Shown here piece after piece: positions 28,416 through 37,593 of a stretch of 64,000 bases of DNA. Within the stretch, counting starts at the first letter, position 1; each line of letters opens with the position of its first letter. Below the pieces are notes generated by a model. It was not told the origin of the DNA. It did not search any database and saw nothing but the letters and a program-made list of their open reading frames with translations. This DNA is from Candidatus Magasanikiibacteriota bacterium (GTDB taxonomy: Bacteria > Patescibacteriota > Patescibacteriia > Magasanikbacterales > GWA2-37-8), in NCBI GenBank assembly GCA_030650025.1, contig JAUSEN010000009.1, positions 93,144 through 157,143 on the forward strand, given 5' to 3'. Both the position numbers and the translations under genes were made by a program.

Positions 28416-28736
28416 TTGAGCAAAATCATCAGGCACACCCGCGTCAGAGGGCACGTCACCAACGGCGACGTCGCCGCGGAGCTCGACCCCGCCGCGGTCG
28501 CCCGCTCCCAGCGGGCGTTCCGGGAGGAGTGCGGCGGGCCCCGTCGCCCGCGGCTCGCCCCCTCGCCCGCGCCCCAGGCGCAGGAACCGCGGCCGTCCAC
28601 CGATGCGGCCATCGCCGAGCTCGAGCGCAAGCTGGCGGCGCGCGGGATCATCACCCCCCGCGCCACCTCCGCGCCGCAGCCGGGCACGGCTCCGGGCGAG
28701 CCCCGCCCGGCCGGTTCCACGCCCGAGGCCTTTTAG
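28416..28736 (+). CDS. hypothetical Pro/Ala-rich protein with TTG start, high-GC island 2
   Basis: GAAAGGAGG lies 7 nt upstream of the TTG, the same SD context as the ORF at 26392. Confidence 0.35.
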   Translation: MSKIIRHTRVRGHVTNGDVAAELDPAAVARSQRAFREECGGPRRPRLAPSPAPQAQEPRPSTDAAIAELERKLAARGIITPRATSAPQPGTAPGEPRPAGSTPEAF

Positions 28737-28777
28737 GCCAGAGGGCGCCCCCCAGTAGGGGGGCAAGCAACATAACG

Positions 28778-28812
28778 GGGCGGCGTCTCTCGATGCACTT
28801 GAGACGCCGCCC
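28778..28812 (+). terminator. 12-bp perfect hairpin gggcggcgtctc-N11-gagacgccgccc
   Basis: It shares the GAGACGCC core with the hairpin at 29344..29372. Confidence 0.55.
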
Positions 28813-28818
28813 TAGCTT

Positions 28819-28848
28819 CACCTCTTTAGCAGTAGAGGTTTTTTATTT
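28819..28848 (+). terminator. hairpin cctctttagcagtagagg plus TTTTTTATTTTTTT
   Basis: A classic intrinsic terminator marking the end of GC island 2. Confidence 0.65.
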
Positions 28849-28853
28849 TTTTA

Positions 28854-28881
28854 TTGACACAATTTTCTTTCTTGTTATAAT
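28854..28881 (+). promoter_or_regulatory. consensus promoter TTGACA-16-TATAAT followed by hairpin gacaggaggggaactctgtc plus T7 (leader attenuator?)
   Basis: Exact hexamers. A terminator-like hairpin (28889..28921) lies between the promoter and the ATG at 28936. Confidence 0.6.
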
Positions 28882-28935
28882 AACTAATAGACAGGAGGGG
28901 AACTCTGTCTTTTTTTATAATTTCAAACTTTGCTT

Positions 28936-29340
28936 ATGAACAATTCCCATTTACAAAAAGTTCTGCGTTTAATAAGGAAGACTCGCGACCGAGTGGTGGT
29001 TTTAGACCAAGAGAGTGATGATGTTCTCGTAATACTTCGTCTTGAAGATTACGAAGATTTAGTAGATGCTACTAAGACAGTAAGTAATACCGGCAGTAAT
29101 GCCGAGAGTAATAATAATCAAGAATCAATTTTGCCTTCTCCGGCTGACGAAGAGCAATTTACCTCGCCGCCAGGCGGGGCGCCTCTCCCTTCACAAAATA
29201 TTCACAGCTTCCCTAATGCTAAACAAAAATTAGATTTTAGCAGTGACTGGCAGGAGCAAAATGCCTCGCATTTCGAGCCTCTGGACAGCCTCCCAGAGGA
29301 CGAGGTTGAAGAAAAATTTTACCCCGAACCGGTGGAATAA
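28936..29340 (+). CDS. hypothetical protein with Phd/YefM-like N-terminal domain and acidic disordered tail
   Basis: RVVVLDQESDDVLVILRLEDYEDLVDAT resembles the YefM antitoxin fold. No toxin partner is adjacent. The track ORF starts at the TTG at 28930. Confidence 0.4.
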   Translation: MNNSHLQKVLRLIRKTRDRVVVLDQESDDVLVILRLEDYEDLVDATKTVSNTGSNAESNNNQESILPSPADEEQFTSPPGGAPLPSQNIHSFPNAKQKLDFSSDWQEQNASHFEPLDSLPEDEVEEKFYPEPVE

Positions 29341-29343
29341 TTG

Positions 29344-29372
29344 GTAGAGACGCCCCGCCGGGGCGTCTCTAC
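29344..29372 (+). terminator. 13-bp perfect hairpin gtagagacgcccc-gcc-ggggcgtctctac
   Basis: It lies immediately after the stop of the preceding ORF. Confidence 0.55.
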
Positions 29373-29407
29373 ATGGTTTGTTCAGGTTTTGTCCACACTT
29401 TGCCCTC

Positions 29408-29436
29408 TTGCCAAAATTTGGCTAACCTGTTACAAT
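29408..29436 (+). promoter_or_regulatory. promoter TTGCCA-17-TACAAT for tuf
   Basis: Good hexamers 130 nt upstream of the tuf ATG. Confidence 0.6.
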
Positions 29437-29567
29437 GGTGGCGAATTACATTTGCCTATTTGGGCTATTAATTTTTTTATCTAATTGTAGCTATTTTGCT
29501 ACGCTTGCGGCTGGACAATAAATCTGCGTGGGATCCTCCCCGCCAGTGCCGCGTAACGTTTTTACAT

Positions 29568-30758
29568 ATGGCAGAGTTTGTACGCTCCAAGCCACACGTA
29601 AACATTGGAACCATTGGCCACGTCGATCATGGCAAAACCACGACGACCGCCGCGATTTTAAAAGTATTGGCCGCCCACGGCCAAACTGCTGATGTCGCTT
29701 CAGCCGACAAGCTCGACAAGGCTCCCGAATCTAAGAGCCGCGGTATTACTATCGCCACCGCTCACGTGGAGTACGAAACCGCCAACCGCCACTACGCTCA
29801 TGTGGATTGCCCTGGCCACGCGGACTATGTTAAGAATATGATCACGGGCGCGGCCCAGATGGACGGCGCTATTTTGGTGGTCTCCGCCGCGGACGGCCCC
29901 ATGCCGCAAACTCGCGAGCACATCTTGCTCGCTCGTCAAGTCGGCGTGCCTTACATCGTGGTTTACCTCAACAAGGTAGATATGGTGAGCGATCCCGAAT
30001 TGATTGATTTAGTCGAAGCCGAAGTGCGCGACCTTTTAACCAAATATAAATTCCCGGGCGACAAAATTCCGGTTATTCGCGGTTCCTCTACCAAAGCTTT
30101 GGAAAACCCATCTGATGAAGCCGCCGCCAAGCCAATTTTGGACTTGATGGCCGCCTGCGATCAGTATATTCCCGAGCCCACTCGCGCGACCGACAAACCA
30201 TTCCTCATGCCAGTTGAAGACGTCTTCTCCATTGAAGGCCGCGGTACAGTCGTGACCGGCCGTATCGAACGCGGTATTGTAAAAATCAATGACGAAATTT
30301 CGATCGTTGGCCTGCGTGAAGAGCCCATGAAGACCGTCGTTACCGGAATCGAAATGTTTAACAAGAGCCTGAAAGAAGGCCAAGCGGGCGATAACGCCGG
30401 CATTCTGCTCCGTGGTACTAAAAAAGAAGAAGTGGAACGCGGCATGGTGCTTGCTAAACCCGGCTCCATTACTCCTCACACCGAGTACGAAGGCCAGGTT
30501 TACGTTTTGACCAAAGAAGAAGGCGGCCGCCACAAGCCTTTCTTCAAGGGTTACAAGCCCCAGTTCTATATTCGCACTACCGATGTTACTGGCGAAGTAG
30601 AGCTCCCGGCTGGCACGGAAATGGTTATGCCGGGCGACACCGTCAACATCAAAGTCAAGCTTATCACTCCGGTTGCCATGGAAGAAAAGATGAACTTTGC
30701 TATCCGTGAAGGTGGTCGCACGGTCGGCGCTGGTGTGGTAGTGAAAATTATAAAATAA
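29568..30758 (+). CDS. tuf: elongation factor Tu
   Basis: [25 protein letters not shown]. The track ORF is extended 72 nt upstream of the true ATG. Confidence 0.95.
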   Translation: MAEFVRSKPHVNIGTIGHVDHGKTTTTAAILKVLAAHGQTADVASADKLDKAPESKSRGITIATAHVEYETANRHYAHVDCPGHADYVKNMITGAAQMDGAILVVSAADGPMPQTREHILLARQVGVPYIVVYLNKVDMVSDPELIDLVEAEVRDLLTKYKFPGDKIPVIRGSSTKALENPSDEAAAKPILDLMAACDQYIPEPTRATDKPFLMPVEDVFSIEGRGTVVTGRIERGIVKINDEISIVGLREEPMKTVVTGIEMFNKSLKEGQAGDNAGILLRGTKKEEVERGMVLAKPGSITPHTEYEGQVYVLTKEEGGRHKPFFKGYKPQFYIRTTDVTGEVELPAGTEMVMPGDTVNIKVKLITPVAMEEKMNFAIREGGRTVGAGVVVKIIK

Positions 30759-30769
30759 ATTATTTTTTT

Positions 30770-30797
30770 GTAGGGGGCGCATATATGCGCCCCCTAC
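30770..30797 (+). terminator. perfect palindrome gtagggggcgcatatatgcgccccctac (GTAGGG...CCCTAC family) after tuf
   Basis: A 12-bp G/C-rich stem followed by AAAATTTTG. Confidence 0.7.
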
Positions 30798-30822
30798 AAA
30801 ATTTTGTTCTTTTAAGACTAAC

Positions 30823-31281
30823 ATGAACGCCACTGCTCCAAAAACTACCGCGGTCAAACATCATGCGCCCAAGGCCAGTGCCGCTAAAGCCGCTGTTACC
30901 AAAGTAGCCGTACTCGCCAAAGGCGCCATGCCTGCCGGCAGGCAGGGACCCGCCTCGGGCGGGAAAAAAGAAGAAGCGGTGAGCCGTATTCGCTTAAAAA
31001 TTCGCGCTTACGACAGCCGCATTATCGACCAGGCCACCAAGACTATTGTTGATACCGCGAACCGCTATGAAGCCAAAGTAGTGGGCCCCGTGCCCTTGCC
31101 GACCGAAAAGACTAAATTTACTGTTAACCGCTCCAGTTTTATTGACAAAAATGCCCGCGAACAGTTTGAGATGCGCACCCACAAGCGATTAATCGATATA
31201 ATCAACGCCAATCCGCAGTGTGTGGACGCTCTTATGAGCCTGAACCTCCCGAGCGGCGTGGATGTAGAAATTAAGATGTAA
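30823..31281 (+). CDS. rpsJ: 30S ribosomal protein S10, with Ala/Lys-rich N-terminal extension or leader containing a palindromic insert
   Basis: The S10 core ([11 protein letters not shown]...) starts at the GTG at 30979. The in-frame upstream 52 codons (alternative ATG at 30928) carry the cctgccggcaggcagg palindrome. Confidence 0.85.
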   Translation: MNATAPKTTAVKHHAPKASAAKAAVTKVAVLAKGAMPAGRQGPASGGKKEEAVSRIRLKIRAYDSRIIDQATKTIVDTANRYEAKVVGPVPLPTEKTKFTVNRSSFIDKNAREQFEMRTHKRLIDIINANPQCVDALMSLNLPSGVDVEIKM

Positions 31282-31314
31282 TGCGCCTCTTCGGCGCATC
31301 CGCCGAAGAGGCGG
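31281..31314. repeat. double-hairpin repeat copy G2
   Basis: atgcgcctcttcggcgcatccgccgaagaggcgg, matching the copy at 23441. Confidence 0.8.
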
Positions 31315-31479
31315 GCTTGACAGCCAATAAAAAATAGTATAAACTGGTGCCAAGTATAAAAAATCAAAACCACTAAACGCCAAGTCAATAAGATCCGCCG
31401 ATGAGGCGGAAAACATTGCGGCGGCGGTTTAGAGGCAGGAGTAAAATAAGCTTGACAACTACCAACACAAAACCTTATC

Positions 31480-31569
31480 TGTCATTCTGAGGTCGCCTAA
31501 GGCGACCGAAGAATCTAAGCGTAAAAACCCTTAAAATAACTCAGATCTTTCGCTACGCTCAAGATGACA
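31480..31569. repeat. TGTCATTCTGAG...CTCAAGATGACA intergenic palindromic element (copy A1)
   Basis: A 90 nt element with an internal extra hairpin ggtcgcctaaggcgacc, lying between rpsJ and rplC. Confidence 0.8.
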
Positions 31570-31595
31570 AAAAACGCGACTGGCGTTTTGTAAGG

Positions 31596-31645
31596 CTAGA
31601 AGCGCGGGTACTAAAATTTTTTAGTATGAGCGCTTCTAGTTTTTT
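31596..31645 (+). terminator. long hairpin ctagaagcgc-N24-gcgcttctag plus TTTTTTG in the rplC leader
   Basis: A 10-bp outer stem plus an inner palindrome tactaaaa-tt-ttttagta. It may act as an attenuator before rplC. Confidence 0.5.
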
Positions 31646-31678
31646 GTTCGGGAAACAAAAAAATAAAGGGAAAAGATT

Positions 31679-32416
31679 ATGAAGTTTATTTTAGGCAAAA
31701 AAATTGGCATGACTCAAGTTTTCCGCCCCTCGGGAGAGATGGTGCCGGTTACTCGTGTATTAGCAGGTCCTTGCCAGGTTGTGCAAATTAAAGACGGCTC
31801 CAAAGAAGGTTCCAAAGATAATCAAACCGCTTTGCAAATTGGTTTTGGCGTCAAACGCGCTTTCCGGGTAAAAAAACCAGAGCAAGGCCATTTGAAAGAT
31901 TTAGAACTCTCCGCATTTTTAACAGATTTTGCCGTGGAAAAAGTTGCGGGCGTCGCGCGCGGCGATTTAATTTTGGTAGATACTTTTGCGGTTGGTGATA
32001 TTGCGAATGTGGTAGGCGTCAGCAAAGGCAAAGGTTTTGCCGGGGTGGTTAAACGCCACCATTTTAGAGGCGCTCCCAAGAGCCACGGCCACAAGCACGA
32101 TTTGCGCGCTCCGGGGAGTATTGGCGCCGGCGGCGTTCAGCGCGTTTTTAAAGGCATGCGCATGGCTGGCCGCATGGGCGGCGATCGCGTCACTGTTAAA
32201 AATCTGGAAATTGTCGAGATTCACCCCGAGACTAACGAACTTTATATTAAAGGCGCTGTTCCCGGCGGTCGCAATGCGATTTTACAAATTCTCGCCCCTG
32301 GCGAATTAAAAATTACCAAACCAAACCCAGCCAAGGGCTCGGAAGTGGCTCTGTCCGAAGAGGTGGTTATTCCCGTTATTGATAGTGTGCCTGCTCCGGC
32401 CGCGGCCACTGTTTAA
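31679..32416 (+). CDS. rplC: 50S ribosomal protein L3
   Basis: Canonical L3. Confidence 0.95.
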   Translation: MKFILGKKIGMTQVFRPSGEMVPVTRVLAGPCQVVQIKDGSKEGSKDNQTALQIGFGVKRAFRVKKPEQGHLKDLELSAFLTDFAVEKVAGVARGDLILVDTFAVGDIANVVGVSKGKGFAGVVKRHHFRGAPKSHGHKHDLRAPGSIGAGGVQRVFKGMRMAGRMGGDRVTVKNLEIVEIHPETNELYIKGAVPGGRNAILQILAPGELKITKPNPAKGSEVALSEEVVIPVIDSVPAPAAATV

Positions 32417-32424
32417 TTGAACAT

Positions 32425-33054
32425 ATGCAGTTAAAAGTTTATACCAAGCAAGGCCAAGAAGCGAGCAAGCTGGAAGTAGCGGACGCGGTTTTTGGCGTTA
32501 AAATTAAACCGGCTCTGGTCCACGAAGTTTTTGTCGCTCAAACCAACAACCAGCGTGAGCCCTGGGCCGCCACCAAAACTCGCGGTGATGTTAGGGGCGG
32601 TGGTAAAAAACCTTGGAAGCAAAAAGGCACTGGCCGCGCTCGCCACGGTTCAACGCGTTCCCCAATTTGGGTCGGTGGCGGCGTTACCATGGGCCCTAAA
32701 GCCGACCGTTCTTACAAATCCAAAATTAATAAAACCGCGCGCCGCCTGGCTACCAAAATGTGTCTGTCGGACAAAGTCAAAAACGAGGCGTTTTATGTAA
32801 TTGACCAGTTTGATTTCGCGGCGCCCAAAACCAAATTATTTGTCGCTTTAATCAAAGCTTTGCCCACGAATAAACATTCTTTCTTAATTTTAACCGACGG
32901 CAAAGACGAAAACGTCATTCGCCAAACTAAGAATTTGCCAAAAATCACCACGGTCCGCGCTGAAGATGTGAGTGTGATGGATTTAGTTAAGAAACAAGTA
33001 GTGGTGGCGAGCGTGGACGCTGTTAAGCGCCTGGAAAAATTATTTGTAAAATAA
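32425..33054 (+). CDS. rplD: 50S ribosomal protein L4
   Basis: Canonical L4. Confidence 0.95.
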   Translation: MQLKVYTKQGQEASKLEVADAVFGVKIKPALVHEVFVAQTNNQREPWAATKTRGDVRGGGKKPWKQKGTGRARHGSTRSPIWVGGGVTMGPKADRSYKSKINKTARRLATKMCLSDKVKNEAFYVIDQFDFAAPKTKLFVALIKALPTNKHSFLILTDGKDENVIRQTKNLPKITTVRAEDVSVMDLVKKQVVVASVDAVKRLEKLFVK

Positions 33055-33055
33055 T

Positions 33056-33505
33056 ATGGGGTTACTTGATCGCTGGAGCAAAAAAATTACCTCTGCCAAG
33101 CTTAAAAATAACGACGATAAGTCCGCTCCGGTTAAGGCTGCCCTCAAGTCTGCCACAGCTGAAACCAAAACAGAAAATAAAGGCGAAACCAAAGTAACCG
33201 CTGTTAGCAAAACCACCGCCTCTAAGCATTTTAATATTGTCATTCGCCCTTTGGTTACCGAGAAGTCAGCGCGGGCGGAATCGGTTCGTAAATATACTTT
33301 TATAGTGGCGGCCTCGGCCAACAAGACTGAAGTTAAAAATGCCGTAAAAAACATGTATGGTGTCTTGCCCGTATCGGTAAATATCGTTAATGTTCAAGGT
33401 AAAAATATTCGTTTTGGGAAGAGCCGCGGCCGCCGCTCGGATTTTAAAAAAGCGATTGTCACTTTGCCTAAAGGAGAGAAGCTGACAGTACATGAGGGTG
33501 TTTAG
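33056..33505 (+). CDS. rplW: 50S ribosomal protein L23 with Lys/Ala/Thr-rich N-terminal extension of about 55 aa
   Basis: The L23 core begins at HFNIVIRPLVTEKS. Confidence 0.9.
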   Translation: MGLLDRWSKKITSAKLKNNDDKSAPVKAALKSATAETKTENKGETKVTAVSKTTASKHFNIVIRPLVTEKSARAESVRKYTFIVAASANKTEVKNAVKNMYGVLPVSVNIVNVQGKNIRFGKSRGRRSDFKKAIVTLPKGEKLTVHEGV

Positions 33506-33528
33506 TTACTAGAGTCTAAAGTCCAATT

Positions 33529-34377
33529 ATGCCGATTAAAGTTTACAAACCAACCAGCCCGGGCCGCCGTAAATCGAGCGTTGATTCGTTTTCTGATATT
33601 ACCAAATTTAAACCCGAAAAGAGTTTAATCACGATTTTAAAGAAAAATTCCGGGCGCAATAACCAGGGCCGCATTACCGTGCGCCATCAGGGGGGCGGCG
33701 CCAAAAAAATGTACCGCTTGGTGGATTTTAAACAACAGAAATTTAATATTTCCGCCACAGTTGAAGCCATTGAATATGACCCTAACCGCGGCGCGCGCAT
33801 CGCTTTAGTTAAATATACCGATAACGCCAAGGCTTACTTGCTTGCCCCCGAAGGCATCGCGGTCGGCGCTAAAGTCATGTCTTCCGAGCAGACGATTGAA
33901 GCCAAAACCGGCAACCGTATGCCTCTCGAGTTTATTCCCGGTGGCTTGTTCATTTTCAATATCGAACTGACTCCCGGCAAGGGCGGCCAAATTGTGCGCG
34001 GCGCCGGCCTCTCGGCCCAGCTCCTTGGAGTAGAGGGAAAATATGCTAATGTAAAATTACCGAGTGGCGAAATTCGCATGATTCTTAAAGAATGCGCCGC
34101 GACTATCGGCGTCCTTTCCAATCCGGACCGCCGCCTCATTCGCTGGGGCAAAGCCGGGCGCATGCGCCACCGCGGCATTAAACCTACCGTTAAAGGTAAA
34201 AATATGAACCCGGTGGACCACCCGCACGGTGGCGGCGAAGGCCACAGCCCCATTGGCCAAAAGCGCGGCGCCATGACTGTTTATGGCAAAAAGGCGCGCG
34301 GCATTAAGACCCGTAAACCTCAAAAATGGAGCAATAAGTTTATTATTCAGCCGCGTAAAGGCAAGTTAAGCGCCTAA
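33529..34377 (+). CDS. rplB: 50S ribosomal protein L2
   Basis: Canonical L2. Confidence 0.95.
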   Translation: MPIKVYKPTSPGRRKSSVDSFSDITKFKPEKSLITILKKNSGRNNQGRITVRHQGGGAKKMYRLVDFKQQKFNISATVEAIEYDPNRGARIALVKYTDNAKAYLLAPEGIAVGAKVMSSEQTIEAKTGNRMPLEFIPGGLFIFNIELTPGKGGQIVRGAGLSAQLLGVEGKYANVKLPSGEIRMILKECAATIGVLSNPDRRLIRWGKAGRMRHRGIKPTVKGKNMNPVDHPHGGGEGHSPIGQKRGAMTVYGKKARGIKTRKPQKWSNKFIIQPRKGKLSA

Positions 34378-34387
34378 TTAATCATTT

Positions 34388-34723
34388 ATGTCTAGAAGTT
34401 TGAAAAAAGGTTTGTATGTTGATGAGCGCATCTTAAAAAAAGTTGCGGCTTTAAAAGCGCAGGGTAAACGCACGCCGATTAAAACCTGGATCCGCGCTTG
34501 TGTTATTTCTCCGGAAATGGTTGGCTACACTTTTCAAGTGCACAATGGCAAACTATTTATTGATGTTTTAGCCGAAGAAAATATGGTGGGGCATCGCTTG
34601 GGTGAATATTCGCCGACGCGCAAATTTGTCCGCCATGGCGGTAAGATGCAAAAAGAAATCGAAGCCAAAGCCTCTGGCTCGGCCGTTCCGGCCTCGGCTG
34701 CCGCTCCCGCTAAAAAAAAATAG
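34388..34723 (+). CDS. rpsS: 30S ribosomal protein S19 (Ala-rich C-terminal tail)
   Basis: Canonical S19. Confidence 0.95.
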   Translation: MSRSLKKGLYVDERILKKVAALKAQGKRTPIKTWIRACVISPEMVGYTFQVHNGKLFIDVLAEENMVGHRLGEYSPTRKFVRHGGKMQKEIEAKASGSAVPASAAAPAKKK

Positions 34724-34744
34724 TCTAAATTCGAAATTAATTAT

Positions 34745-35125
34745 ATGATCAGTGTCACTGCCAAATTACGTTACTACCGAATGGGCCCGCGCAAAATGCG
34801 CCTCTTGGCCGATGTTATTCGTGGTCGCGATGTGGCCCGTGCCGAATCCGCTCTGTCGGTTTTAAATAAAAAAGGCTCTCCGGTACTGATCAAGCTATTG
34901 CGCTCGGCAGTGGCGAATGCTAAAAATAATCATAATTTAGATACTAATCTGCTCCGCGTCGCGTCCCTGACTGTGGACGGCGGCCCCAGCCTAAAGCGCT
35001 GGCTGCCGCGCGCCCATGGCCGCGCCACTCCTATCCGCGAGCGCACTTGCCATGTCACTTTAACTTTAGCGCCTTTTGAAAAGAAAACTAAAGTTAAAGT
35101 AAAAAAAGATAACAAAATTTCATAA
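34745..35125 (+). CDS. rplV: 50S ribosomal protein L22
   Basis: Canonical L22. Confidence 0.95.
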   Translation: MISVTAKLRYYRMGPRKMRLLADVIRGRDVARAESALSVLNKKGSPVLIKLLRSAVANAKNNHNLDTNLLRVASLTVDGGPSLKRWLPRAHGRATPIRERTCHVTLTLAPFEKKTKVKVKKDNKIS

Positions 35126-35146
35126 ATAAAAAAAATTTTCCAAATC

Positions 35147-35226
35147 TGTCATTCTGAGCGAAGCGAAGAATCTAAGCGCTTACAACGCTTAATCAACTTA
35201 GATCTTTCGCTGCGCTCAAGATGACA
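35147..35226. repeat. TGTCATTCTGAGCGAAGCGAAGAATC...GATCTTTCGCTGCGCTCAAGATGACA element (copy A2)
   Basis: An 80 nt element between rplV and rpsC. Its terminal ATGACA provides the spurious track start of rpsC. Confidence 0.85.
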
Positions 35227-35244
35227 AATACGAAGCAACATTTT

Positions 35245-35997
35245 ATGGGTCACAAAGTCCATCCAAAAATTCATCGCACGCCAGCCATCTTCCCTTGGGA
35301 TTCTCGCTGGTACGCCAAAAAGGAATTATATCCCGAATTTTTAGAGCAGGAAATCGCTATCCGCGAACTGCTGGGGAAGAAGCTGAAAGACGCCGGGCTC
35401 GACGCTATTAGCGTTGAACGCAGCCCCAAAGAAATGGTGATAACTATTTTGGCGGCTAAACCCGGCGCGGTTATTGGCCGCGGCGGCTCCGGGCTCGAGG
35501 ACATTCGTAAAATAATTGAGCGTAAGATTTTAAAATTTAAAATCAAAGTTAAGTTAAATATTCAGGCTGTCGCCCAGCCCGCTCTGTCCGCCGCTATTGT
35601 GGCGCAAGCCTGCGCCGCCGAAATCGAGCGCCGCTTGCCCTTTCGCCGCGTGATGAAGCAAGCCATTGAAAAAACTATGTCCGCCGGGGCGCAGGGTGTC
35701 AAAATTAACATGTCGGGCCGCCTCAACGGCGCCGAAATCGCGCGCACCGAAAAACTAGGTTCTGGTAAAATGTCCCTTATCACCGTGCGTAGCCATGTGG
35801 ATTACGCTTTAGCCGAAGCCCAGACTTTGCAAGGTAAAATTGGCGTTAAAGTTTGGATTTATAAGGGCGAAGTTTTTGGTAAATACGATAAATTTGAAAA
35901 ACAAGCCGAGCCTACCCACCAGAACCACTCTAGTCAGCGCCCCGCGCCCCGCGCCCCCTCCCGACCGGCTACTGCCCCCGCGCGGCCGATTAAATAA
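35245..35997 (+). CDS. rpsC: 30S ribosomal protein S3
   Basis: MGHKVHPKIHR is the canonical S3 start. The track start at 35221 lies inside the repeat. Confidence 0.9.
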   Translation: MGHKVHPKIHRTPAIFPWDSRWYAKKELYPEFLEQEIAIRELLGKKLKDAGLDAISVERSPKEMVITILAAKPGAVIGRGGSGLEDIRKIIERKILKFKIKVKLNIQAVAQPALSAAIVAQACAAEIERRLPFRRVMKQAIEKTMSAGAQGVKINMSGRLNGAEIARTEKLGSGKMSLITVRSHVDYALAEAQTLQGKIGVKVWIYKGEVFGKYDKFEKQAEPTHQNHSSQRPAPRAPSRPATAPARPIK

Positions 35998-36003
35998 TAT
36001 ATT

Positions 36004-36420
36004 ATGCTGTTACCTAAAAAAGTAAAACACCGTAAATGGCATAAAGGGCGCCGCCGCAACCTGGGCGTCGCGACGCGTGCTACCAAACTTTCTTTTGGCG
36101 ACTATGGTTTGAAATCCGAGACCCACGGCTGGGTTACCAGCCGCCAAATTGAAGCCGCCCGTAAAGTTTTAACGCGCTATGTTCGCCGCGGTGGTAAAGT
36201 CTGGATCCGTATTTTTCCGGACAAGCCAGTTACTAAAAAAGGTAACGAAGTACCGATGGGCGGCGGCAAAGGCGCTCCCGATCACTATGTAGCCGTAATC
36301 AAGCCAGGCACTGTCATGTTTGAGATGGTGGGAGTGCCAGAGAGTGAAGCCAAAGAAGCTTTGGCTATGGCCGGCTACAAGTTCGGCGTTCAAACCAGAT
36401 TTGTGCAAAAATTAGTCTAA
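36004..36420 (+). CDS. rplP: 50S ribosomal protein L16
   Basis: Canonical L16. Confidence 0.95.
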   Translation: MLLPKKVKHRKWHKGRRRNLGVATRATKLSFGDYGLKSETHGWVTSRQIEAARKVLTRYVRRGGKVWIRIFPDKPVTKKGNEVPMGGGKGAPDHYVAVIKPGTVMFEMVGVPESEAKEALAMAGYKFGVQTRFVQKLV

Positions 36421-36430
36421 ATATTTTGGT

Positions 36431-36622
36431 ATGGACCTAAAAGATTTAAAAGCTGTTAATACTGATGAATTGAAAAATCTGCTCCAAGAGAAGCGGCTCG
36501 CTTTACATGGCTTAAAGCAAAAGTCCAAGAGCCGCACTTTAAAACAAGTACATTTGCCCAAAACCACCCGCCGCACTGTTGCTCGTATTTTAACCATTTT
36601 AAAAGATCGCCAGCCCGTTTAA
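36431..36622 (+). CDS. rpmC: 50S ribosomal protein L29
   Basis: Canonical L29. Confidence 0.9.
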   Translation: MDLKDLKAVNTDELKNLLQEKRLALHGLKQKSKSRTLKQVHLPKTTRRTVARILTILKDRQPV

Positions 36623-36626
36623 TTAT

Positions 36627-36896
36627 ATGACTACTACGCAACCAGCCAACTCAACTAAAAATTTGCGCGCTTTTTCCGGCACGGTTATTTCTGCCGCTAT
36701 GGCCAAAACTATCGTGGTTCGGGTCGATCGTTTTAAACTCCACCCCAAATACCAAAAGCGTTATAAAGTTTCCGGCAAATACCATGTTCACGACGAGAAG
36801 AATACCGCCCAAGTAGGGGATACAGTAAAAATTGTAGCCTGCCGCCCTATGAGCAAAACCAAGCGCTGGCGTTTAGCTGCCGTTGTCCAAAAATAA
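36627..36896 (+). CDS. rpsQ: 30S ribosomal protein S17
   Basis: Canonical S17. Confidence 0.95.
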   Translation: MTTTQPANSTKNLRAFSGTVISAAMAKTIVVRVDRFKLHPKYQKRYKVSGKYHVHDEKNTAQVGDTVKIVACRPMSKTKRWRLAAVVQK

Positions 36897-36897
36897 T

Positions 36898-37269
36898 ATG
36901 ATCCAACATCGTTCCATGATCAAAGTCGCGGATAATACCGGAGCCAAAAAGCTCCAGTGTATTCGCGTCTTAGGGGGCTACAAAAAACGCTATGCTCGCC
37001 TTGGTGACGTTATTACCTGCGTGGTTAAAGAAGCGGCGCCGCGCGGTTTAGTTAAAAAAAGCGATATCGTGCACGCGGTTTTGGTTCGTATTCATAAAGA
37101 AACCCGCCGCGTTGACGGCACCTATATTCGTTTCGATGAAAATGCCGCTGTAATTATTGACCGGGCCAGCAAAGAACCCAAGGGCACTCGTATTTTTGGT
37201 CCGATCGCGCGCGAGCTGCGCAGTATGGGTTTTCAAAAAATAATTTCTTTAGCGCCTGAAGTAGTATGA
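36898..37269 (+). CDS. rplN: 50S ribosomal protein L14
   Basis: [18 protein letters not shown]. The true start is the internal Met of the track ORF. Confidence 0.95.
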   Translation: MIQHRSMIKVADNTGAKKLQCIRVLGGYKKRYARLGDVITCVVKEAAPRGLVKKSDIVHAVLVRIHKETRRVDGTYIRFDENAAVIIDRASKEPKGTRIFGPIARELRSMGFQKIISLAPEVV

Positions 37270-37580
37270 AATTAAAGACCAACGACAATGTAAAAATTTT
37301 AAGCGGCAAGGACCGTGGCAAAACCGGCAAGATTATTCAGGTTTTTTCCGCCGAAGGCAAAATCGTAGTGGAAGGCGTTAATAAAATCAAGCGCCATCTT
37401 AAAGCTAAAGGCCAGGGCCAAAGCCAAAAAGGCCAGGTTTTAGAACTCTCGGCCCCTATTCCAGCTTCGCGCGTAGCTTTAATCTGTCCCAAGTGTAGTC
37501 AACCAATTCGAGTTGGCTACAAAACCGAAGCGGGCGTAAAAAAGCGCGTTTGCCGTAAATGTAAAGAATATGTCGACTAA
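37266..37580 (+). CDS. rplX: 50S ribosomal protein L24
   Basis: Canonical L24. Confidence 0.95.
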   Translation: MKLKTNDNVKILSGKDRGKTGKIIQVFSAEGKIVVEGVNKIKRHLKAKGQGQSQKGQVLELSAPIPASRVALICPKCSQPIRVGYKTEAGVKKRVCRKCKEYVD

Positions 37581-37593
37581 CCCTAGGGTCAAT

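Noticed and set aside
35221-35244. Annotated start codons of rpsC (35221), adk (42819) and relA (51732) from the ORF track
   Set aside because: These ATG or TTG codons lie inside palindromic repeats (the terminal ATGACA of the elements) or inside the promoter palindrome. Conserved N-terminal sequences (MGHKVHP, MKKIIILLGPPGSGKG, MTKLKHNMPD) begin at downstream in-frame starts.
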